A stretch of DNA of 64,000 nt from Azolla caroliniana (Eukaryota > Plantae > Polypodiophyta): contig JBHGNT010000001.1 in NCBI GenBank assembly GCA_043228905.1, forward strand, positions 29,946,001 to 30,010,000, read 5' to 3'. Positions 24,636 through 37,821 of the stretch are shown here, piece after piece. Position 1 is the stretch's first letter. Each line of letters opens with the position of its first letter. The notes beneath the pieces are model-generated. The model worked only from the letters and a program-made list of their open reading frames with translations, was not told the DNA's origin and did no database searches. The position numbers were made by a program, and so were the translations under genes.

Positions 24636-25646
24636 TAGTTTGGGAGTAGTGACACATCAAGCAAAATTAAGATCCTAATGTGGATTTGAAGATATCTTCT
24701 AGAAGTGAAAATCATTTCCAAAGAGTTTTATAGTTCTGTTGAATGTTTTTTACCGATTTTTTCAAGGAATTCTTTATAGAACATAAAGAAACCTGGCTTG
24801 GCTTGGTCACATGACAATTAAAAGCAAGTTATTCTATCTTTGATATCATGATAATTAATTGAAAGCTTGTGTCCATTCTTTCTTGGAATTCTTGAAAGAG
24901 CATAAATACTTGTCATGGTCTGATGATTATTAATATAGTTACGAGTCACACATCAGCTCACATGCATCCATGCCTTAGTAGGGAATGTAAAAAGGAGTGC
25001 ATTGTGTTTAAATGAATATCATAATACCAAAATTATGCTAACAATGGAATGGAATTATGAGAATATTTAATGATTGACTAATCATGGTGCTTGATAGTTT
25101 TGCTTATTTTTGCTTGGACATTGAATGTTGGCATAATTTCAGCTTAGACATCTAGTCAATGCAACTTCATGAAGCTAGCTCAAACTTGATCTAGACAATG
25201 GCAGTGAATGTATTGTACTGGCATTGCCTAGAAAAAATAGAACAAGGATACATGTTTATCAATGTTTGGAAATTAATTTTGAGCCAAAATATCACTTCTG
25301 CATGCAATAGCTCCAACTACTAGTGTCTGATGCTAATAAAATACATTCAAAAGTGATATTGTGATGGCATGGTCTCTTTATATACATTGTTGATAGGCAG
25401 TGTTCATGTTAAGGTTTTGAATGGGATGAAATGGCATGAGGGTTCACATGTATTGTGTGCAAACTAAGTGAATAACAAGCCATTTCAATTTAAAGTGAAT
25501 AACAACCCATTTTAATTTAAGAGAATAACAAGCCATAATAGAGTGCATCCTTCATCTAGAAAGTTATGCTAAAAGTGATTGGTTAGTGGATCATAGTTGA
25601 TCATGTGTTGTTTCTCACTTCACATGAGCACAATAGTTGCATGCTA

Positions 25647-25998
25647 GCTCCAAGGCTTTCAAAATGGCTTTTGAGTAGCACTCAACCATTCTCCAAGCAA
25701 GGACATATAGTAAGTATTGTTACATGAAAACTTGGAGAGATGCATTTTGAGATTGCAGCTTTTAAAGAATATGAGAGTGCTCCAAGGCTTTCAAAATGGC
25801 TTTTGAGTAGCACTCAACCATTCTCCAAGCAAGGACATATAGTAAGTATTGTTACATGAAAACTTGGAGAGATGCATATTGATATTGCAGCTTTTAAAGA
25901 TTATGAGAGTGCATGAGAGGGATAAGCATCAAACTGATCTTTTTGCACATCTCATGCACTCTCATATTCTTTAAAAGCTGCAATCTCAATATGCATCT
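25647..25998. repeat. Near-perfect 132-bp tandem duplication followed by a ~48-bp inverted copy of its end
   Basis: Copies 25647-25778 and 25779-25910; hairpin arms ~25870-25918 and ~25950-25998. Confidence 0.9.
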
Positions 25999-28900
25999 TT
26001 ACAATGTAGCTAGAACAATTGCACAATGTTGTGGCCTAGGTGCATACAGTTTACAAAGTTCTCAATTCAATTTATTGAGTTATGGCATTTTACCTATGAT
26101 TACTAGACGATATTTATGTTATAGTTCCACTTTATGTGTTTTGGTGTCAAGTTTGTTTTTAAGTATGTGTAAAATAGAATATTTTTGTCCGGAAAAGTTT
26201 AGCACTAGGTTTATTTCAAGAATGAGCCAAGGTTACCAAAGTATTTAAAATATGATGCAAAAAAGAACAAGGTTTATTGTTGACTTGCCATGCAAGGTGT
26301 GACTTAGTCAATCTCCAAATTGAAGTTTTTTTGTCTACATTTGATGCAAATACAAAGGGTGGCCATGTTTGTCTAGGGGAGTTACTTTCTTGAAGAAATG
26401 TAATGAAATGGAAGACGTTCGACAACATCTAACCATTATGGTTCACCGTCTAATATCAATGCATATTTCACACAAAATAATGAGTGAATGTGATGATGAA
26501 ATGAGAAATGCCACACGCCTCCTATAAAAGTATAATAAGATGACCCTTCCTATTGTTGAAGTAGCACATTCATCTACAAAAAGGGATGGGCATAACCAAA
26601 TTGAGGAAAAAAAGTCTTTGCATCATTAGAAAAGAAAAAACGCACTTAACCTAGGCACACTATTGTAAAATTTTAGGGTAGTATTACTCACTTTGTATAC
26701 TTCTATTTTACCAATGATTAATTATTCAAGTATACATGGCATGAATCAAGATCGTCCCGCACTACGAAATATCAAATTCCTATTCATTAATCAGTTGCCA
26801 TAAGATCCATCACATTCCAATTTCACAATTCAAGAATTGATGGAGTTGTTTGACAATTATTCATGGTAATTAATGTCAGGTAGTGTATATGATGTTCTTA
26901 CATTGTGCAAAAACCAAGTATTATGTGATTGTTTGAAACAACCAAAGACAAGCTTCTTTCGCAAATATTCATTGTTGGAGGATCCACACATGGGAGCTAA
27001 TGTGTTATATATTACTATAGATGCATAAAATGGAAATATTGTTGGGTAGTACCGTCAACATATATTGATGTATGCTATTTATTCCATTAGAATATTCCAC
27101 ATAAGAGGGTGTTGAGAGTGATCCTTCCTATTGTTGGATATATGTTGAAGCCATTGAAGAAATATTTGCTAGTGACTTTGTTTTTGGACCAATGACTTTG
27201 GGTAGTTTCTTTTTGAAATTGTCAACTTGAAAACAATTTGCAAGTTCACCACTTAACAATGGAAATTCTGAAGTACAAATAATTTCTAGTTTATTATGAG
27301 ATTCTTGGAGGCTTCTCGTGTTTGTGCTTCTAATAAATGTTTAAAACAAGTCCCCGGATAATGTTATGCAAATAGGCTACAATTTCTTTATATTTAAAAT
27401 CTTTGATGCAATTCTCTCTCTTTTTTCAAGTTTCAAAGTACAGTTGAAATTATGGTCATAAGGCCATATATTATATTCCCTATTATATTACATATGTTGT
27501 CGGGGCCAACCAATTTATCGATCTAGCTTAGTATGTTTTGTAAAGTATGGGAATGCGTGAGTCAAAGACAACCTGCACCATTCGCCACTCCTTTATGTTG
27601 TAAATTCTACAAGTATTAACCATTGCATTGTATACCACTGCTTCCTTGTGCCCATGTAAACTTTCAATTTTCTTGTTCACTTCTAGAGTTAAATGTCAAC
27701 CTTTTGTCATCACTTTTAAAGCATTGCTCGGTCAAATTTTTGATAAAATGGTATACTTTTGGCAACACACCTTGGGTGTATCTAGCATGAATTTCTCGTT
27801 TGTTGAGCATTTTGTTTTGACTAGAATTGGCAAACTTGTAGACAGCTAAGCGTTGGTTCTTTGGCAAAGTTTTCAATGACTTTCTCGTGATATTGTTTTT
27901 GCATTTTACGTGTTGGGAATACAACTCTTTTTGCAAATGGGCTCTTGGATTATTGGTGGCATCATAATTACAATATATACTAGTGGTATCCCATGTTTTG
28001 CATCTTGTCTCGAAGTTTATAGTTGTTTTATGAAACCACCTATCAAGTGTAATTGAACCCCAACAATAGGTCTTATTTAGGACACATGTTGAGAGTTCAT
28101 ACCTGGGATGTTGAGAGTGATGATTTATTACTTGAATTGACATTGTTATACAAAATGGGGACAATTTATGTGGCTCAATTTCAAATCCATCTTGTGCTAA
28201 AAAACACACATGACTCATTTGGAAACATTTAGGTGTTGCTCAAAAGAAAGAATAAGATGCACTCATTGAATAATGTTCCATCAACATTCTTTGATTAAAA
28301 ACTCGGGTCCAAAATATTTATAACATATCATTGATCAATTGTTATTCCATGTTGTGTCTATTTAGGTTGAACTAACACTCATATGAAAGCCACATATCAT
28401 GAAGCATTTTGTGTCATGTTATTGGGAAAACAGAAATAATTCATTTTGAGGCGCATACACAAAAGCCACATGAATGCAAAAAAATTTAATTGGAGGAAAA
28501 GAACAAATGGGGCTTGAAGCTTTACTACTTGACAAGGAAAGTAAACAAGTTCATATTGAATTGGACCTCCAACATAAATTTGTACTGGGAGACCACATGG
28601 CAGAACATGCACCATCACCTAGTGTAGCATGTGGGCTATTCAATCAATTAGTAAAGTTTTGTTTATTGTCTCTCCTACCCAATGAGACAATATACCCATT
28701 GGGCTAGGTAGGAGAGCCGATTATTGTTTTCTCTTCCTAATGACTAGCTTTAAATACTATTGTGAGTAGCTAAACATGAACCCAAACTTGCAATAAAACA
28801 TGTTTATCTATAGGGAGAATGAAAGAAGATGCAAATTTAGGTTACCATGTGAAGGATAAAAATAAGAATGTTTGTGTAGAGAGAGAATATGACAATAAGG

Positions 28901-30855
28901 TAGGTTTGTGTAGAGGCATAGTATGACATGCCTTTTTCAGTGTCGATGAGGGTACTTGATCCATGGGATTAAAGCACAACGTTTTAGGGTTTTTTGTAAC
29001 AAACAAGTGTGGGATTAAGACCATGTGTCAAGTTGTTTTCTTTATGTTCTATAGGATGACTCTTATAATAAGATCTTTGACTAGTTTAACATATTCTTCA
29101 GGAGTATGTTGAAGCTCATCCTGCTTTGTGAGACATGTCGGGAAATGTGCACCAATGAGTTCGTATATTTGGGAACTATAGAAGTACACGTGCCTTGGGT
29201 GTAGGAGGAGCTGGATATCATGGAATGACTAGATTGTCTGAGCAACTAAGGTGGAAAACCACGAGACAATTAAAGTATAAGCATGGATTAAAGTAACTAC
29301 TTGCAATCTCAAGTTGTGCTTGTAGTTGGCAACACTTGTCTCAAGGACTTGAAAGCAATATCCAAGAGCATATCCCATTGGGTCATCCTCTTAGTATTGA
29401 CATTGGGTTGTGATGGTGTCTTTGGCAATAATGATCCACTTAATCATGAATGAAATACAAACGAGAAGATAACATGATACATATCCCCAAATAATGATTA
29501 ATAGAATATTATTAAGACTCCCTATTGATTAGTATCCATCCATTATTTCATTCAATGGAGTTGTAAATAACACTTTTGCTCACTTAAGATTTAGTAAAGC
29601 TTACTCTCTAAATTCACCCAATAAACATGCCCGATTACTCTAGGAGATTGACAATATAACATCTACTCAAGAAGGAGAGAGTATTTGATAACAAGTGCTT
29701 AATGCTTGATCACTCAATAATACATAAGCAACGATAATGTTTGGAGGGTTCTATAGAGCAAGTGTGATTGAGGGTCAAAAAAGCTACATCATGGTGTGCA
29801 CTGTGCGCAACATACATCTTTCGATGAGAGGAAGAGACCAGAAGAAAGCTTATGACATAATGCAAAACAAGGATCTAATTTTGATCAGTATGGCATGCAA
29901 CTTAAGATAAGTGCATTTGAGAATATAGATTTGAATCCAAGACCTTGAATTGATAGCATTTATAGCCCACAACTAAATAAGGCTTATTATATAAGATGTT
30001 TTGCCATCATATTGACTAAACCCAAATTCAATATCAAGCATATTATTGAACACAATTTCAAGATAAGTAACAATGACACAACTCACTTACCATTGTTGAG
30101 ATGACCGATGGAGGGGAAGTGATGCATTATTTAACAAAGATGCGTGAAAGGATTTGATCTCGCGACATTATGTTGATATTTTACTAACTTACCAATCATA
30201 TGTCCAAATTATTTCTTTTACTTTGCTCAAAATCATTACATCCGATGGATAAATAACCACCATGTTAGTTTTTTCATTATGTGTATCGTGTAGGTTCGAA
30301 AGGAATGCTTTTATGTAGCATCAAGGATCTCGTAACAATCTATGTAGCTTCTGAGTGTTTGGGTCCATCCATTTATTCCAATTTAAGGACAACAAACCAT
30401 TCTCCGAAAGAACTCAAACCGACCCGGATGATCTTCTTGTTAACTTATGATTTACTAGAGCTTCCTATGCGTGATCCATTTCTAGCTCTCTTCAGCATCA
30501 TCCAACAATATGGGAGGAACTCACTGTGACAAGAATTTTTTTCCTTTTTCGTTGTTGGTCTAGCTCGTTTCTTTTATGCATGTGGTAGCAATGTACACTG
30601 TACTGGGGGGGGGGGGGATGGCATATCCTTGACTTTGGTGCACCATATCACGTGGGCTTCCTCATGAGGACCGTAGCATTCATCATGCATGTGAAGCAAC
30701 AATAATCTTCTAAAGCACTTTTGCTCTGCATATGGCCTGGCGCGGGGTGCCTACGGCCTAACAATCTTTGACGGCCAATGCAATACAATACGGTGAAGAT
30801 TATACGGTGTATTGGGTAATATTCTAGAGCACAAAGGTGAAGAGGAGGTTTTCAC

Positions 30856-30857
<2 letters not shown>

Positions 30858-30920
<63 letters not shown>

Positions 30921-30941
30921 AGAAGATCAAAGTGAGACATG

Positions 30942-30975
<34 letters not shown>
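30858..30975. repeat. Two (GA)n microsatellites in the putative promoter of the trihelix gene
   Basis: Visible GA runs. A pyrimidine-rich leader exon follows, ending ACAG|GTAAAT at 31209. Confidence 0.9.
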
Positions 30976-30980
<5 letters not shown>

Positions 30981-32449
30981 ATGGGTTTTCCATAATGAAG
31001 ATTTGGGCTTATTTATCTCTTTATTTTATTTGCTCTTTTCTTTCTTTCTCTCTTTCTTCTTCTTCTTCTTCTTCTTCTTCGTCTTCTGAAACACTCGCAG
31101 AGTACTACTTCTGCCACTCTTCCTCCTTCGATTTGCTGAAGAAACGATGTGAGACATAGCGCTCTGTTCCCCCACTCTTTCCTCTTTCTGTCTACTTCGC
31201 TCTACACAGGTAAATTCTTCTTCTTCTTTTCCTTCTGCTCCTCTCTCTCTCTCTCTCTCTCTCATTTTTAAACGAACAAATCTAACTAGCTCGTTCAATT
31301 TCCATTGTAATTTATTTCATTCTATTTTTATTTGGTTTTACTGCTCTAATTCACCAAAATTCTCCCAGATCTGCTCAATCTGGCTTGGTTTCTCTTTTCT
31401 AAATGAGTGAATTATGTATGCTTCATAAACTCTTTATGGCTTCTACAGTCCCCATATTTTATAAGATCTGTTTGTATTTAATCCTCATTTAGAAGAAGCA
31501 GAGAAGAGATTTTTAAGGCTTTAATGTAATTCAAGTTTTTTAAAGCTTTTAATGAGAATTTCAGGGTTTCTCATACCCTTTGATGAATTTTTCAGCTGTG
31601 TAAGGAATTTTAAGATTTTGTTGAAAATTTGGAAATTGTAATACAATTCGGGATTTCTGTTAGAGATTTTAATCAAATTTAGGGTTTAGGATTTGGATAC
31701 GATTTTGGAACTTTACACTTTTGTCAGTATTTAGTTAGATTTTTTGATGAAACTCAACGAAATTCAGTATTCTTTCTAAGGTTTTGATGGAATTTAGGGA
31801 TTTTGTAAGCCTTTGATAGAATTTAAGAATTTTAAGCTCTTGGTGATGAATTTTTATTCAAACATATTAGGTATAGAGTCTTTTGCTTTTTCACTCAATG
31901 GGAAACGTGGTTGCCATTTGCTGTGTGTGATTCAATCTGGCTTAAATTGTTTCTTTTGAGGTTGATTTCATTTTCTTGAGATGTCATAACCTCCAAGTTT
32001 TATGCTGAGCTCAATTAATTCAATGCCAAGTTTTGGTCTCCTGAACAAAGCAAGTGGACACTTGCTATTATGATTTGCCTTTGGAACTAACAATGTTTTC
32101 TATAAACACAATGATGAGAAGCATATTACAAATGATGGAAAATTCCTCATGAAGTTATGCATTACTTACTTGGCAGTTGTCAGGATTTAAAAGAATAAAG
32201 GGTTTGGCAGGAGAAATCCAGTGAAATTGCCCATTTCTCTTGAGGATAATGACAAGAAGAAGCCACAGGCTCTATTTGTGCTCAATAGGGCAATGGAAAA
32301 AGCCAGGACTGGGGCGTAGTTCTTGGAAATTTCCCAAAAGGTTTTCTTCTAAAGATAACGAAGAACCTTATGTGTTAAGCACAAATAATAGAATCTTTTG
32401 TTTCTATGCGTGGCATATGGAATTGTAAAAGTTTATTCTGATATAGGAG

Positions 32450-35400
32450 AGCAATAGCCATGATTTGGTTGTTCAAACGATGCAGACTATTTTGAAAGAA
32501 AAATTCATGTAATCTACATGTTTAAGTTTGGAACCGCAAAGGATTTATGCCTTTGGAAACTGGAATATGCAGCCATGGGTCATAGTTGATAGCCAAAGCA
32601 AGCCCTCGAAAGGGTCATGCAAGGAACTCATATAGAGATTTGATTGTGGATCAATTGACAATCGATATAGTTTTCCCCAATGCATCATCAGTTATTGCTG
32701 CATTTGTTTGCAGTCTATCAGCTGAATGAGAGATTTGCATCACCTTTGCTCAAGAAGAGGGTTTGCTTATCCTTTCCTTTGTCATAGACCACTCGTTCTC
32801 TACTTAGAAGATGCCTGATGAAAGCTTTGTTGCTGCAACTGATATGTACTGATTTTTTATGTTTAGAAGATGATATGATTACATTCTATTATGCACAATT
32901 GCCTTCTTCAGAGGAGCATGCTTTCAGCTAAAGACATGTTTATTCCCAGATCAAGGAAACTAATCAGCAAAATCTCGTATGTGCTTAATTGATCTGATAG
33001 ATGTTCCAGTTTTGGGAGGCATTGATGTCTGACGTGTCTATTGTTTCAGATCCATGTATGAAATGCTGGAAGTGACAAACTTGATCATAATTTCCATCCA
33101 CACTTATTCAAGCGCAGTTATCACATGGATAATAAGTCACTATTGTTCAAGGGTCTCAATTCATTATTGGTTGTAAGCGATTGTGACCTCAATGCCTGGA
33201 TGTAGTGGCATACCTCATGGGTGGTCTTTATCTGGTTGCATACTCCTTGACAGGGGTTCTGACCCCAATGCGCCAAAATTTTCCTTGCAAAATCCTGCAT
33301 TGCTTCTGGCTCTGAACTGACTGGTCTCCACCCATGGTATCCAGAGTATATTATGAAGGGTTTTGAACCTTGTCAGTATCCACAGTTCCCTGTTACCTTG
33401 GCTTTCCTCGATTTCTGTTGTATAATTGCAACATGTGGTGATAGGATTAACATTCTGATAAGAATATCTGATCTTGTCATCTCGTTCTGCTTATTTCCAG
33501 ATATCCTTGGATTCAGGTCTATGGGGGCCTCGCCTGCCACTTCCATCACATTCTTTTACAGTTCAATGTGGGGCGGAAGTGGTTATCTAGATGCCAGCTT
33601 TGTTATCCGCAAGCTCCTCCTTGCAGTCCTACTTCTCCTCTGTTACCACCTAGTGATTTGAAATCTACCTCCCACTTTTTAGGATCAATTAATGTAAGAT
33701 TCAGCATGGGCCATTTTGATATCTGAACAAGAAAGGTCATTTTGGCAATCAGAGAATGTAGGACATTTAGAAAAGATAATTACTTTATGAGGGATAGACC
33801 GTCAAGGTAGTCCGCCGTTTTCCCTTGTATAAAAAATCCTGCCCGAGCCTCGAAAGGCAAAGAAGAGTTGGTGTAATTTTAACGGAGCACTATTGCCACC
33901 ATATTGCACCATTGCTGTTGCTTTCTTTGAGTGTAATAAGTTATACTGGTTTGATTATTTAGATTTCTTGCTTTGCCTACTAACCAGTATGCTTCTGATG
34001 GCATGTTACAATCCCTGCCTAGGAGGATCAACATCTTTGTATCTGGTTTTCATAATTGATAATAGATATGGATCCATGCATTGTGTCATGGAAAAAAATG
34101 AATTATACCTCACAGGCCCGCCCAAACTTTTGACACATTAAGATAAGTAACATCACAGAATTCTATAATGGCTGATTGGGAAAGAGTTGCACTAGCTGAC
34201 CTGTCATGGATTCAAAAGGCAGATAGAATGAATAGCAATTCAGTTGCAGTCTTTCATCAGTGTCTGGTGGGATTCTACATGACATCCTTCCAAGACAGTA
34301 AGGATACTCAACATACTGAATTTGATTTTGCCACTAATTCTATTCAGAGCTTCTCTGGGAGGAACTGACCTCAGATGAGACAAAGCATGCACTAGATGAA
34401 CTCTGTTCATATGTTTGGCCAATAGTGTATCCAGATGCTGCCCATTCTCATTTGCTTCCTTTCATTGAAATGATGCTGCTTATGCGTGGAGGATCAATCC
34501 CTGGGGCTTGTCCTAGGGATGGACTTCTGGACTTACTCGACAAATTTTCTTGGAGTTTTGGGCCGTTATCTGCATTCCAGATCTTCCAAATGCTATTCAT
34601 GGTGGTTTTCTGCTTCTCTATACTGGAATTTTTTTCTGTTATTATAAGGCTTTTGAGCATGCTAGAGAAAAACCTTATGACAGTGAGAACTCGGAATTCA
34701 TGGAAGCCTTGTTGCTGCATATGGCTTTTCCACAATGTTAAGTCACTACCGTGAAGGATTCTATCAAGATCCGGCAGGTATATAATGTCATTATGGCTAT
34801 TATCTGGACAGTCTTACTTTGCTTGGGTTTCAGGGCAGTGTATATGTTTCACCCTTTACATAGAAGCAGTCACTTGTCCAAAGCCTTTGTTTGGATCTGA
34901 TGGTTGAGTGGATACTCTGCCTTGCATGACTTAATAGTGTTTCCTCTCAACTTATAGGGTAGCTTGGGGTTTTAGATCCTAAGATGCAACAGTAGGTACA
35001 TCCTGTCCAACCTCTTCATCCAGGGGCTATTGTTGACTAAGGAGTTTTTAAAACTTTCCACTTGCCTTACTCTCTTGCGATGGAAGAATTTAGTTCAAAA
35101 TTTAGATTCCTCTTCAGAGGCATTTCATCTTTCCTATTGCATCCTTCTCACACTTCATTTTACAGAGATGTTTTTTTTTTTACTTCGTTCAGATCCTTTA
35201 TTTATTGCCATTTAGAGAAGAGATTCAGTGGCGATCTCTTATTGGAGTACATCTATCAGACATTGAGTCAGTGTTGATTGGGAGACATGGGGCAGAAGAA
35301 TGCCCACTATGTTCAATTATGATCCCACTTGTGTATATAGATGTGAATGATCACGTACCAAAAATCACAGGTTCAATGTTTATAGCTCTTCTCTCAGGCT
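32450..35400 (+). mobile_element. Highly decayed L1-like LINE inside the probable leader intron of the trihelix gene
   Basis: Remnant motifs: KPYDSENSEFMEALLLHMAFPQ (~34670-34740, cf. KAYDRVNWEFL..MGFP), GACP.DGL (~34500, cf. KSPGPDG) and LGVLDP (~34963-34980). Boundaries are approximate. Confidence 0.55.
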
Positions 35401-35733
35401 CACAGTTCAGTTTATGAGTTTCGTGATGTGGGATTTACATTTGGTAGCTTTCTTGGGGAGCATTCTGCAAAGGCCAGGTATTTGTTTTATCTTATGATAA
35501 GAATTGATGGAACTCCATCACTGAGCTCATAAGATTAGGATATTCCACAGGCACATTGCAATGTGGCATTGTGATGATTCAAGAGACTATAAAATAAGTC
35601 TTTTGTAGAGTTTCCACCATCACCGTGTGGTGTGTCAAGAAGTGTATATGCTCTAGTTGGTAATGAGTGCCATGGCATAACTTGGTTCTAGTATGCAGAG
35701 TAAGTGGGATACTTACGCCGCTCCAGAGGCAGC

Positions 35734-36048
35734 TGTTACGGGCATGACCATATAATATCCTGTGGTGAGAATTTATTGTAGTATTCTATACACGTGGATA
35801 AGTGTGAGGGTTAAAAGAGAGTGAAAGAAGGGGAGGATTACTTTTAATCCTCAGGATTGAGACAACCCAAGTGTGAACTTGCCTGGGAGCCTTGGGTCAC
35901 ACTTGGCCTAATGGGTTGTCTCAATCCCGAGGATTAAAAGTAATCTTCCCCTTCTTTACACTCTCTTTTAACCCCCACACTTATCCACGTGTATAGAACA
36001 CTACGGTAAATTCTCACCATGGGATATTATATGGTCATGCCTGTAACA
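35734..36048. mobile_element. 315-bp palindromic (fold-back) element derived from an LTR end, with 5-bp TSD
   Basis: Arms 35734-35869 and 35912-36048 are inverted repeats. Termini TGTTAC...GTAACA; TSD GCAGC at 35729-35733 and 36049-36053. Arms are homologous to 13806-13974. Confidence 0.9.
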
Positions 36049-36825
36049 GCAGCAGAGGAAAGAAGGCAAGATTTCCTCACAACTTGGGGTTGGTCTGGGC
36101 TTCTCTTGGATTCAATCACAGCAACATGACATGGAGAATCTTCTCTTGTGCACACATCTTCTCAGCATTCTCATAGAGCGACCTTCATTGCTGCAGTTGT
36201 ATATAGCATGTTTGTACTGTCCTCAAAATTACGAAGCAACAGCAAATTTTTACCTGTTTTCCATAGAGAGAGAGAGAGAGAGAGAGTGACCAGAGGGATG
36301 TAGGTCAGTTTTATACTGTCTGGCAGAGACCAGAAGTTCATGTATTCAACACCTACATTCTGCAAAGCAATTCTTCAATGTGTGTGTGTGTGTGTGAGTG
36401 AGTGAGAGAGAGATAAAGAGAGAGAAAGATTTTAGAGGTGTTTATGCAGCTGCAGATTGAAGAGTTGTGAGGAACTACGTGCTTCTAAAGGTTTGACAAA
36501 TGTCGGGTGATGTGATGGCTTCAGGTTTTTACTGCATACCCTAATCTTCTTGAGTTCATCAGATAATTCAGGATAGTCAAAATCTTTTCTCATTTTTCTT
36601 CCTCTGTTAGATGCCGCTTCTAGTGTAGTTCTAGCATCTATAAAAGTAGAGGAAAGCATCGCCGAACCAAATAATGGAACCCCGCTCCCTCCATCATCAA
36701 TAGATGCACACAGTTCTCAAACTGAACAAGTTCAAATTCAAGCGCAAGCGCAAGCTCAAGCTCAAGCTGAACCAATTCCTCCAACTGTGGTTGCATCCAA
36801 TTCGGTTTCACCATCTGAAGCAACT

Positions 36826-37821
36826 ATGGGATCTGTTGGGAATATTTTATCTTCAGTTTCAGCTCCGACCAGTAGCACATTGATAGTGGAAGGAAGTAAT
36901 ACCATTCAACCAACCTCGGCCTCCACTTCTGTTCTACCTAACTCTACTCCTCTTTTAGAGAGTGCCCATTTGGTACCCGAACGAGGAGAGGATATCTCAC
37001 TTAATGAAGAAACACTGGTAGACAAATCAAAGGCCAAGAAACGGTCAAAACGAGCATCACTCGACCCTGAAGGTCGGGATGTAAATAAAACGAAGGAAAA
37101 GATCCGATGGAAAGATGTGTGGGTAGCTCAGCTTATTCATATACGAGGAAGAATGCACCCAACATTCACTAATCCTCAAAGGCAAAGGGTAGACCTGTGG
37201 CAAATCGTTGAGCGTGAGATGACCAACAGTTGCTTTGGATTTGATAAGGATTCGGAAGCTTGCCGGAAAAAGTGGCTCAGAGTCTATAAAGAATACAAAG
37301 ATGATTTGCACCTCTCTAATAAAGACGAATCACAAAAGTGTCGATTCTATGATTTGATTGACTTTTACATGGGGGCTCGTGCCATGAGTAACAATATCAA
37401 TAATAGTAATAATAATAATAATCACTTGTTCCATGCGGAGGTTGTGCCTATATCCAAGCATCCTCCATTTCCTCTCATGAATGAGGTAAATGTAAAGGGT
37501 GAAGATAGTGGAGCTATTATATTACATCCAAATCCAGATGGTATTAGAGCTTCAGAGGGGATAACAAAGAAGCAACAAAAAAGACCTCGGGTTACTGAGA
37601 AACCTCTTATAATAGAGAAGCCACAACCAATGCCAGAGCCAACAGAAGCTTCCCCTCCACCCACAAAAAAAGCCCATACAAAAACGGTCCACACCATGCT
37701 CTCGGAACTTGTATGTATTGGTAAGGAAATGCTCCAGGCGACGAGAGAATATGAGAATGAGAAGATTTCAGTCCTCCATTCGATGAAAGATATGCTCGGC
37801 CGCATAGCCAAGAAGATGTGA
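36826..37821 (+). CDS. Trihelix / Myb-SANT-like DNA-binding protein (331 aa from the first ATG; N-terminus may extend upstream)
   Basis: RWKDVWVAQLIHIRG..DLWQIVEREM..KDSEACRKKWLRVYKEYK..CRFYDLIDFYMG shows the GT-1/Myb-SANT W..W..C..KW..FY..D pattern. Helical C-terminus. The frame is open back to the acceptor at 36611. Confidence 0.85.
   Translation: MGSVGNILSSVSAPTSSTLIVEGSNTIQPTSASTSVLPNSTPLLESAHLVPERGEDISLNEETLVDKSKAKKRSKRASLDPEGRDVNKTKEKIRWKDVWVAQLIHIRGRMHPTFTNPQRQRVDLWQIVEREMTNSCFGFDKDSEACRKKWLRVYKEYKDDLHLSNKDESQKCRFYDLIDFYMGARAMSNNINNSNNNNNHLFHAEVVPISKHPPFPLMNEVNVKGEDSGAIILHPNPDGIRASEGITKKQQKRPRVTEKPLIIEKPQPMPEPTEASPPPTKKAHTKTVHTMLSELVCIGKEMLQATREYENEKISVLHSMKDMLGRIAKKM

Noticed and set aside
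26200-30500. ORF 27664-28218 and neighbours as a gene or transposase
   Set aside because: Looks like decayed TE sequence, but I found no motif I could assign confidently. It needs a profile search.
37057-37400. Myb/SANT ORF as PIF/Harbinger transposon ORF1
   Set aside because: No neighbouring DDE transposase or TIRs, and it has a gene-like leader. Ancient domestication cannot be excluded.
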